64,000 nucleotides of DNA from Candidatus Endomicrobiellum calonymphae (lineage in GTDB: Bacteria > Elusimicrobiota > Endomicrobiia > Endomicrobiales > Endomicrobiaceae), in the NCBI GenBank assembly GCA_031269945.1, contig JAISYK010000012.1, positions 1,785 through 65,784 of the forward strand, in the 5' to 3' direction. The notes beneath the pieces are model-generated. The model did not search any database, had not been told where the DNA came from, and worked only from the letters and a program-made list of their open reading frames with translations. The position numbers were made by a program, and so were the translations under genes. Of this stretch, positions 1 to 9,099 are shown piece after piece; positions within the stretch are counted from its first letter, which is position 1, and each line of letters begins with the position of its first letter.

Positions 1-177
1 ATACCCCCCAAAAGAAAAAAACGACTTTAACAGTCGCCTAATTTTTCTTCTCACTGTGTGTGGGGGGGGGGAAAAAGAAGTAAAAAAAAAATGTTACCCT
101 ACGATACTTCAATATTTTAGAATTAACGTTGTAATGGGAACTGGTACATCAGTGTTCTGTTAATTTATTTGTATTCT

Positions 178-629
178 TTATTTTTTTAAATCTATTATCC
201 TTTCTTTATGCTTGTAATCCTCTATTTCTTTAAAGTAGTCATACTTGACGCGTTTAGGAACAAAATTCTCCTTTACCTCTACCAATTCTCCTTCCGAGTT
301 CCATTCGAAGCTATTTAACCCCTTACCCTCTGACATATCGACGATAAATGCCAATTCCTTCTTAGCCCTTAAATATTTACTTAATTCAAAGTTGAACTCT
401 TCGAAATCTCTTTCAGTTTCAATTATTAAGAAGCATGAAATCTTTAGGGGGTTGTCTGTTTTTCCTAAAATCTCTCTTATATCCCCAAATTCTTTCCCTA
501 ACGCAGTCTCTTCATCTGTAATATAAATATAGGCTTTCCTGTCATATAACCCTTTTTCATAGCGTCTCTAACGTTGTTATAACGAAATATTTCTACTCCA
601 TGTTCATTTAGTTCCGTAGTTTCAGCCAT
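178..629 (-). pseudogene. Frameshifted hypothetical protein (150 aa if one A is restored in the A5 run at 553-557)
   Basis: GAGG RBS then ATG at 629 (MAETTELNEHGVEIFRYNNVRDAMKK); -1 frame stays open from GLYDRKAYIYITDEE to IIDLKK, TAA at 180-178. Confidence 0.6.
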
Positions 630-724
630 TTCTTTTTTTCCTCACAGGGAAATAGTCTTTGTGTGTGTAATCTCTTAAAACAAGCTGGCATAGCGTAATT
701 GCCCATCAAATTTGCATATTTGAA

Positions 725-1741
725 TTAAATCGGGGGTGGACCCATATTGCGAGGATGTTCTAAAGTTTCAAGGTTAAGGTTAACGAACATTGTTTCAAGT
801 TGATCTATGATGAGCTTTCTTGAATCCAGCTTTGTAGATTGAGATTTCATTGTAGAAATCATAAAAGCTTTATATCTTTCGAATAATTGTTCTGGCGATG
901 CAGTATGGTGAAACTTTGTTTTTTTACTTTCGCTAAGCTTCTTTGTGAGATTTTCAACTTTTTGAACTAGGAATTCTCTACGTTCTTTATATAGAGGATC
1001 AGTAGAAGAAATTCTTCTTACGGCCATTTCATAACGTACTTCTTCGTGTTTATTTGTTATTGCTATGTTGTATTTTTCAATTAGTTTTTCTTTAGACCAA
1101 ATTTTTCTTATATAGTATCTTGGTGCATAGACAGGCTTACCATTATGAACGACTTTCCCTTCTTCTCTTACCTGTTTTGCATTGTCTATAATCCATCTTT
1201 TTCCTAGTCCTTTTGACATAAGCCTAAATGGTTTATTCTTTTTGTCAATTGGGTATCTAGGACTTTTTAAAGCGTATCCAGTTACATAAGCTACATTTGC
1301 TTCTAATTTCTTTACTTCCTCTGTTTTATTAAATCAGAATTTCCAAGTCTTATCGACTATTGGTTTAAGTTCTTCAGCTGAAATTTTCCCCAGAATAATT
1401 GAGTGATAATGTGGATTTTTCCCTTCCTCTCTAATACCTCTACCATCACCACCTTCAGGTACCGTAAAGAATTTTATTCTTTCCTCTTTCCCGAACTTTC
1501 TAGAAATATGTTCCCGAAGGCGTTTTTGCCAATCTTGAACATCCTTTTTTTTGAATGAATAGTCTTTTGGGAGGGAATCGTTATCATAAGTTAAAGTAAT
1601 AAACAGGCTGTGGGTGTGATATAAAGCTTCATGACTTAATCTTACTTGCCAATTTAAAGAGTCATTCCTTTTACACAATACACACTTATTGCAGGGAACA
1701 TACATTCCCTTAACATGCTTTGGATGTAGGCAAGATATCAT
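725..1741 (-). pseudogene. HUH rolling-circle replication initiator, Microviridae VP4-like, interrupted by one in-frame TGA (1336-1334)
   Basis: ORFs 1334..1825 and 725..1219 share a frame with 38 open codons between them; N-terminal CLHP..PCNKCVLC, motif I FITLTY, KRLR, motif II PHYHSII, motif III YVTGYALK, F.LMSKGLG, PRYY. Confidence 0.88.
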
Positions 1742-2337
1742 CAGTTTGCTGACTTCACTTACTATTGAAATTATTGGAATTATTGGATAATTAGAGCTGA
1801 TTTGTGACGTGGAATTTGTTCCCATTGCTCTGAGAGAGGTCTAGCCATATAACCAAAAAATGTATGTTGTTTTTTTAATATTTATTATGTTACAATGACT
1901 ATTGGCTGTTGTGTGACTGCTTGCTGGACCTCATAAACTCCTTCGAAAGTTGGGCTCTTTATGTGGTCCCATCCCTTTTTGTGATATTCGATTGTCACTG
2001 CATAAAAATCCTATTTTTAATTCTCCTTTTTATTGTATTGTGGCAATTGACAGATTTTTGAATTTATTGAGGATAAAATTCAAACTGTAAGAATGCTGTT
2101 AGCAATGAAAAAAGTGCAAAAAAGTGTTGATGTTACAGTCTGCTGTTGGTGTTTGCTTCTTCGTAGGATGTTACTTAGTTGATGTACAAATTAAAATTAG
2201 GCAAGTATGGTTGACATATTAGATGGGTTATTGTTACGACACTAGTTGGCTAAATTCGCAAGTTTATTTTTGTAGTTGCTCTTTTGACGAGCAAGCGTAT
2301 TTTTGTGTAGCATGGCTTAAGTGGTAGGTGGGGGTAT

Positions 2338-2409
2338 GCGGGCGTAGTTTAGTGGTAGAACGTCTCGTTGCCAACGAGAAGGTCATGGGTTCAAGTCCCA
2401 TCGCCCGCT
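2338..2409 (+). tRNA. tRNA-Gly(GCC)
   Basis: Acceptor GCGGGCG/CGCCCGC; anticodon arm TCTCG-TTGCCAA-CGAGA; GGTTCAAGTCC T-arm; no encoded CCA. Confidence 0.97.
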
Positions 2410-3180
2410 TTTCTGTGTTTTAGTGCTTTCCCGGTACATTTGTTTTTTTTCGTTGCCGCATTTATTGTATCTTTTTTGTCTTTTAGTTATATGTGTTTTG
2501 TTTTCTGTGTTATTTCCTATAATGCTCGCAATAAGTGTTTCGCCATTTGTTACATGAGAATTTTTCGCTATTTGTCCTACAAAGCTCAGACATGTAGTTC
2601 AGTTTTGCTGTTCTTTCCTATTATATTTAGATACCCTGTATAGTAATCCAAATTTGATAACTTTCAATAATTCAAATTACAGTTCCTGCATTCCCCATTA
2701 AGAATGATCCTCTCTTTTGCTATGGCTTAGATTATAGCTCCAATAGTGCCTTCGATAAATATATTTATTATGAGTTGTTTTACTCTAATCTCGTTAAGTT
2801 TACACTTTATTAAAATTAAACATTTTTTCATAATAATAATGCTCCTAAAAAATTCCTATTGAAAATATTAATTTAGTTGTCATTAGCATAAATATGATAT
2901 AAACATGATAAATATATATAAATATGAATTAAATTTATATTTGAAAGTATTTGTCCGTCTTGGGTAAAGGGGTTGCATAGTATTGGATTTGTAGATCTTG
3001 GTTAAAAATATAACAACAAAAGGTGACTTGCTAAAATACATTTCCAGAACAGAAAATTGTTATGAAAGATTATTTAGTAAATTGTCTAAAAAAAATAGAT
3101 AAGCTTGATAAAGAAGTAAAAAAATATGTGTAAAGACAAAGCGACTGCAGATACTCATCTTAATGGTGGTAGTTTCTGTT

Positions 3181-3570
3181 ATGGATAACAAAAAAAAAAG
3201 AAGAACAACTAAATTTTTGTATGTAACTATTTAGAGAATTACCAACTATTTGTACGTGTCAGTGGACGAATTTGGGTCTTCGAGCAAATATATTTTAGGA
3301 TTGCTGCTTTAGCAGTTTATTTCGAAAAATTTCTCATCTTATTATGTGTAAATGAGAAAGAGTAAATTTAATTATGCTCAACTTGCCTAATAAAAAGTGT
3401 AATAGTTCGTGAGTAAATAAGTCAATGAGAAGGAATTTTTTATTTTACTTTAACAGTTTTTTTTAAATGTCGGCTGCAACGATTTTGCGGTCAGGAAATA
3501 AATATAATTGTCTATAATTTTTGTCGTATAAGTATGTTTTTACATGATATAAATTCGGTAAAGTGGAAGG
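3181..3570 (+). pseudogene. hsdM: Type I R-M methyltransferase HsdM remnant with large internal deletions
   Basis: Fragments MDNKKK, YILGLLL*QFISKNF and GQEINIIVYNFCRISMFLHDIN match HsdM N-terminal and GQE(I/L)N..MFLH motifs. Confidence 0.75.
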
Positions 3571-3899
3571 GAGATTCTGCCTTTTTTTAATTAATGATCT
3601 CTTTGTTTATTTTGGTTTGAAAAATATGTATGGTACGGTGGGGCGGCAATAAGTTTTGTCTTTTGATGTTTTGTCTTTAAAGGTAGTGCAGGGCAAAAAA
3701 TCCGTAAATATTTAATTAATAGTAATTTTATATATACAATAATCCAACTTTTAAAAGATTTGTTTTTTTGCACGAGTATATTTTTATATATTATTATCTT
3801 AAAAAAATAAGGCTGATAGTAAAGCACTTTTTGTTTATGTGAATGCTGAGAGTTTGTTTGCGTTATCAACAAAAATAAATTTTTAGATGATAACGCCAA

Positions 3900-5245
3900 A
3901 ATATTAAAATCTTTTTCAGATTTAAAAGACATAACGTATTTTGCCAAATTTGTACCGAACGACGATGTTGTTAAAATGACTGTGGTTTTACAATAAACTC
4001 TTAGAGCAAAGGGATACTTGCGAGGCTGTGTGGACATAAAAAAGTTAATACTAAGATCGCGGTTTGCAGATAGTAAGAAGATAAAAGTGAGCCATGCAAA
4101 GAAATTGATGGAATAATTTCGAAAATAGAAGATTGAAAATATAAATTAAATTAGCAACCTTAGTAAAAGAAGACATATCAGTTATTTGACAGTGGGAATG
4201 GTGGATTATGACGTTTATTTTAAAACTGATTTTGATCCATAATCAAAAGACAAGAGACAAGAGATAAATTTAAAAATTAACATAAAAATGTCCCAATAAG
4301 AGTTTAAAATCGTGATATTGATTTTAATAATATGCAGTATTTCGATCCTACGCCGCAAATACTTTAGATGAACTTTTACAGGTGTTTGGCGGAACCAATC
4401 TCGTTTTAAACTCTGTTAAAATATTTGGTGATATTAATTTATTCCCGTGACTTAGAAGAAAAAAAACTAACGAAGCAATAGCGTTATTTGGCAATAAGTA
4501 AACTTAGGTAATGGTCTTGTTAAATCTTATTAAAAAGAATATTACTGAAGGGTTTAAAAGGATAGAGAATTAAATATGGTATACAGAATTAATTACCTAA
4601 CTTAAAAAGAACTTTCCATTGCCAATAAGTATTTTATAGGTGATTAAGTCGAGAAAAATTTTACAAGATTTTATAGGGGAGATAATATTTAAGATCTTTT
4701 GATGAGTTTAATGGCAATAGAATTTTACAGATAAAGCTTTCTAAAATTATTAAAGTGACTTAGCTTATGTTGATCTTTATCAAAAATTAAAAGATGGCTA
4801 TGATGTGCTGATAAAGGAAACGTTAACTATGCTATTATTGTTTTTGAGATGGAACTAATTGATTGAGCAATTTGTGAAGTCAATTTAAATTGTATCTTGA
4901 ATTTAGCAACTAAACTAAATACCTGAGATATAAAGAAATTTTGACTACTATTGAAAAAGTGATAAATTCAATAGTAAGTTTAGGAAGTAAAAAAGAGCTT
5001 ATAAGGAGACTTTATTAATGCTATAAATAGTAAAATGAATAAATCTGATGATCGGAAAAAGTTTTTGGATAAGCAAAGATATCGAGGTTTAGATAAAATT
5101 ATAAAAGAAGAAACTCTGAAAAAAAATAAGCCAAAAATTTTTACAAAATAATTTATCGATCTTTGGCGAAAATAACATTCGTACAAAAAGAAACAGTATT
5201 AGAAAAACTAAGAATATTTTTGAAAACTATTTTGAAGTTTGAGTC
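3900..5245 (+). pseudogene. hsdR: Type I restriction subunit HsdR remnant (EcoR124I-like C-terminal half); left boundary approximate
   Basis: Fragments LLQVFGGTNLVLNSVKIFGDI (cf. QA.SRTNR...K.FGNI), TNEAIALFGNK, FEMELI, LDKIIKEE, KETVLEKLRIF; many stops and frameshifts. Confidence 0.75.
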
Positions 5246-6254
5246 ATATTTTTATCGAAATTCAACGTGAATTTTTTTTCGACAACTACATAAGCTGTGC
5301 CCATGGGTAGGTGGGGATAAAACACTAAATTTTTATAACCAGAAGTAAAATAAGGTAATGAAAGATTTGAATTTGATGCTAAAGCAAACAATACTTTACG
5401 TTTGTAAATACAAATAGTAGAACTGGAACCGCTCTCATAGGCCTATAAATTCTTAATTATTTTGTTGACGTGGAAGATTCTTCATATACCTTTTCTTACA
5501 TCTTTCATCCATGTGCATGTCATGGAAGACATAATATTTTTGTCTGTTAGATTAATCTTTATAAAATTTTTTGATCAGTCTTCAATAAACGACTTCGATC
5601 CTCTTTGTATACTATAGTATCTTTTCCATACCTATTTTTTTTTGAAAATACCTAAAAGTTTCTATATCAAGAGATGTATAGAAGGTGTATTATAATTAAT
5701 CACTATGTAAAAAAATATGAACAATGAAGAAACATAACTCGTCTTTTATCTTTTATTTTTAGTTTTATCTAATGTACTTATGCATATACTGATTCTATAA
5801 AATGCAGTGAAATCAAGACATTCTTTTATTTTTCGCTAGTTTATCAGCTTTCTCTATCAATTTGTATGTCTTTCCTGTTGTTCCAATCTATTAACCTCAC
5901 TGTAACTTCTTGTTAAGTTTATCAAGATAACTTTCTTTATGTGGCGAAATACCACCAAGTTTGGTTCCGCATAATACTTTATAAACTCATCCCTTATTTT
6001 ACCTCTTCATTACGAAAAGTTTATCTTTAACATTTACATGTTTAGACGCTGTTTGGCAGAATATTTTTCAATATTAGAATAAAATCAAAATATATTTACT
6101 CTGAAATCTAAATTATATAACTCAAAAAATTCATAATAAATTAACTACTATTAATTTTTACTTTAATATTGCCACTAGCTATATCATATTTTATGAATTT
6201 ATAATTGAATAATTGATATAATAAATGTGTTTCATAATTGCAAAGGATCATTTG

Positions 6255-7571
6255 ATGTTAGCAAAAGTTGCCGTAATTGGTAGGTCTAACGTTGGTAAGT
6301 CTACTTTATTCAATAGATTTGTAGGCAAAAGGAAGGGTATTGTCCATAAAGCTTCTGGTACGACGAGAGATAGGAATGACTATGAGATTCTTTGGAGGGA
6401 TAAAAGATTTGTTGTTACTGACACTGCAGGTTGGAATATAGATTCTTCACCGTTTTCAGAAAATATACTCCGACAGGTAGATAATGCTATCGCAATGTCA
6501 GATGTAGTACTGTTTGTTGTAGATGGTAAGGAGGGAATTCATTCATTAGATTTTCAGATTGCTCATAAAATTAGACTTAGTAGAAAAAAAGTAATTCTTG
6601 TTGTAAATAAAATAGATACGCAGAAAGAAGAGGTAAATGGGTATGAATTTTATGAACTTGGGTTTGATGATTTAATTTTTGTGTCTGCAGATCACGGTAG
6701 ATGTATACATGACTTACTAAATAGAATCTGTGAAAATATAAATTATGCTAGAAAGGAGAAAAAAGCTGATGAAATATTAAAAATTGTCATTGTTGGGAAA
6801 CCAAATGTGGGAAAATCTTCTCTTGTTAACGCTATTTCTAATGAAGAAAGAAGCATTGTTCATGATGTTCCAGGTACGACAAGAGACTCTCTTGCTGTGC
6901 ATGTTCAAACTGAGAAGAGAGGGTATATTTTAGTGGACACTGCCGGACTTCGTAGAGGTAGTAAAATTAAAAATGACATGAAATATTTGTCTTCTTTAAG
7001 CACAAGTTATGCTATTGATGATGCAGATATTGCTGTTTTGGTTGCAGATGCTTCGCAAGGAGTAGGTGATACCGAAGTAAAAATTGCAAACCTTTTAATA
7101 AAAAAGAAGAAACCTGTTATTATAGCTGTTAATAAGTGGGATTTAATAAAAAAAAAGGATGAAGCTGCGAAATATTTTACTGAGCAATTTAGAAAAAAGA
7201 TGAAATTTATGCACTGGGCAGGTATTGTTTTTATATCCGCCGAGACGGGACAAAGGATAAATAAAATATTTCAAGAAGCTGAAATCGTTTTTGAACAGTT
7301 TTCAAGAAAATTGATGCAGAGTGAACTTGATGAGATAGTGAGAGATGTTATGATAAGAAAATCTTACGTAAGTAGGGGTAAAAGTTTGAAGTTTAAAGAG
7401 TATTTGCAAGTCGCTTCAAAACCACCTACCTTCATTTTTTCAGTTAATGATACAACACTTGTGCATTTTTCATACAAGAGGTTTATTGAAAATTGTTTGA
7501 GAGATAGATTCCAGTTTCGCGGTACTCCGTTGATTTTGAGGTTCAGAAAATATTATAAGGAAAAGTTATAA
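6255..7571 (+). CDS. der: Ribosome biogenesis double GTPase Der/EngA
   Basis: Two G domains: GRSNVGKS/DTAG/NKID and GKPNVGKS/DTAG/NKWD; C-terminal KH-like domain. Confidence 0.97.
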   Translation: MLAKVAVIGRSNVGKSTLFNRFVGKRKGIVHKASGTTRDRNDYEILWRDKRFVVTDTAGWNIDSSPFSENILRQVDNAIAMSDVVLFVVDGKEGIHSLDFQIAHKIRLSRKKVILVVNKIDTQKEEVNGYEFYELGFDDLIFVSADHGRCIHDLLNRICENINYARKEKKADEILKIVIVGKPNVGKSSLVNAISNEERSIVHDVPGTTRDSLAVHVQTEKRGYILVDTAGLRRGSKIKNDMKYLSSLSTSYAIDDADIAVLVADASQGVGDTEVKIANLLIKKKKPVIIAVNKWDLIKKKDEAAKYFTEQFRKKMKFMHWAGIVFISAETGQRINKIFQEAEIVFEQFSRKLMQSELDEIVRDVMIRKSYVSRGKSLKFKEYLQVASKPPTFIFSVNDTTLVHFSYKRFIENCLRDRFQFRGTPLILRFRKYYKEKL

Positions 7572-7581
7572 ATTAAAAATT

Positions 7582-8175
7582 ATGACAATACTAATAAAAA
7601 TTTTATACGTTGCTCTAGCTTATTTGTGTGGTGCGATATCTTTTGCGTATATCATTGCAAAAAGGTTTGGGAAAGTTGATATACGCAGTGTAGGTTCTGG
7701 CAATCCGGGAGCTGCAAACGTTTTTAGAACAGTAGGGAAAGGTCCAGGAATTTTAACTTTTGTAGCTGATGCTTTAAAAGGGTTTATTAGTGTGTATTTT
7801 GCAATATTTATAGAGAATTCTTTTTTTTATTCTCTGGCTGTCTCCGCTAGCGTAATGTTAGGACATATGTTTACTATATTTTTAAAATTTAAGGGCGGAA
7901 GAGGTGTTGCTACGGGGCTGGGGATATTTTTAGCTCTCATGCCTGTTCCATCTTTAATGGCAGTTTTTGTTTTTAGTTTGGTTCTCCTGCTTTCAGGTTA
8001 TGTTTCTTTGAGTTCAATATGTGCGGCCCTAAGTCTTCCCATAGCGTCTTATTTTTTAGGATACGCTACGGTAAAATCTATGACATTTACTTTTATAATA
8101 ACTTTTTTCGTTATTTGTAGACATAAAACAAATATTAAAAAATTGATAAAAGGCTGTGAAAATAAATTCAAATAA
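7582..8175 (+). CDS. plsY: Glycerol-3-phosphate acyltransferase PlsY
   Basis: GSGNPGA, D.LKG, GH.F...FKGGRGVAT, RH..NI motifs; hydrophobic; follows der. Confidence 0.95.
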   Translation: MTILIKILYVALAYLCGAISFAYIIAKRFGKVDIRSVGSGNPGAANVFRTVGKGPGILTFVADALKGFISVYFAIFIENSFFYSLAVSASVMLGHMFTIFLKFKGGRGVATGLGIFLALMPVPSLMAVFVFSLVLLLSGYVSLSSICAALSLPIASYFLGYATVKSMTFTFIITFFVICRHKTNIKKLIKGCENKFK

Positions 8176-8255
8176 TGGTTAATAGAGGAAAATGGCCATT
8201 TGAGACTTGTAGTCACCATTTCATTTTAATATGTAATTGAATTGCAGGCGGTTTA

Positions 8256-8516
8256 ATGACAAAATACGATATAGTTATAGCGTTGTCAAAAATTTTGAGT
8301 TCAAAAAAAGAAGCTTACGAGGCTGTAAACAAAGTCTTTGAGGAAATGTCAAATTCTCTAAGAAATGGTGATAAAGTCGTTATAACGAGTTTTGGGAGTT
8401 TTAGTATGTTCGAAACGAAGGTAAAGAAAGGAAGAAATCCTAAAACTGGGGCGAAACTCCTTATAGCTCCTATAAAAAAAATAAGATTTAAGCAATCTAA
8501 AAATTTTTTTGAATGA
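8256..8516 (+). CDS. IHF/HU-family DNA-binding protein (IHF-alpha-like position)
   Basis: FGSF...GRNPKTG motif; ihf-merR-tRNA-Pro synteny. Confidence 0.92.
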   Translation: MTKYDIVIALSKILSSKKEAYEAVNKVFEEMSNSLRNGDKVVITSFGSFSMFETKVKKGRNPKTGAKLLIAPIKKIRFKQSKNFFE

Positions 8517-8531
8517 TTTGAGAGATATGAA

Positions 8532-8915
8532 ATGCTTAAAATTCCACCAGTACCTGATAAAGAGTATTTTACTATAGGGGAAGTTTCGCAAATAACACTT
8601 GTTTCAGCACACATTTTAAGATATTGGGAAAGAGAATTTAGTCTCTTACGCCCTGTTAGAAAAAGTTCTGGGCAAAGAAGGTATCGTATAGAAGAGGTAG
8701 AATTAATTTTTAAAATTAAGGACCTGTTGTATAATAAAAAATATACAATAAAGGGCGCGAAAAAGTATTTGGTAGGAGACAAGCGTAAAAAACTCACAGA
8801 TTTACAAACAGATTTAAATTTAGATTTGGAGCATCACGTGCCAGATTCTAGATTTTTAAAAGATTTAAAATTTGAGCTTGATCACGTTTTAAAACTTTTA
8901 AAGGTGATACAATAG
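8532..8915 (+). CDS. MerR-family transcriptional regulator
   Basis: YFTIGEVS..HILRYWE.EF..L.P.R...QRRY..LLY..KYTI.GAK. Confidence 0.92.
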   Translation: MLKIPPVPDKEYFTIGEVSQITLVSAHILRYWEREFSLLRPVRKSSGQRRYRIEEVELIFKIKDLLYNKKYTIKGAKKYLVGDKRKKLTDLQTDLNLDLEHHVPDSRFLKDLKFELDHVLKLLKVIQ

Positions 8916-8977
8916 CGTAGTGTCAATATAAATGTAAAAAGTGTTAATATTATTTTTATTTTGTTTGTGTTTGGTGT

Positions 8978-9051
8978 CGGGACGTAGCACAGATGGTTAG
9001 TGCACTCCCTTGGGGTGGGAGAGATCACTGGTTCAAATCCAGTCGTCCCGA
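8978..9051 (+). tRNA. tRNA-Pro(GGG)
   Basis: Acceptor CGGGACG/CGTCCCG; anticodon arm CTCCC-TTGGGGT-GGGAG. Confidence 0.96.
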
Positions 9052-9099
9052 TTGTTTTTTGTATTTTTTTTATTTAATTTATCTTGAATGGGAATATGC

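Larger units (their letters stand above)
1..1985 (-). mobile_element. Integrated rolling-circle element (microvirus-related prophage remnant or Rep-only plasmid-like element); left end may lie outside the window
   Basis: Carries a Microviridae VP4-like Rep and a co-oriented second ORF; hairpins at 4-70 and 1926-1969; genes on the - strand, opposite to most of the window. Confidence 0.65.

Noticed and set aside
245-526. 93-aa + strand ORF
   Set aside because: Antisense shadow of the cryptic - strand ORF (178-629); Ser/Phe-rich composition typical of a reverse complement
1742-1825. N-terminal extension of the Rep ORF (MGTNSTS...)
   Set aside because: Homology starts at MISCLHP (ATG 1741); extension unsupported
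2368-2643. ORFs overlapping tRNAs (also 24474-24671, 41541-41750, 50987-51205)
   Set aside because: Overlap well-formed tRNA genes; spurious
2885-2940. Short degenerate ATAAATATGAT repeats, with a similar inverted motif near 6181
   Set aside because: Expected by chance in very AT-rich spacer DNA; no spacer structure, not iterons or CRISPR
2410-6200. tRNA-Gly-anchored island with att duplication
   Set aside because: No convincing repeat of the tRNA 3' end and no integrase found
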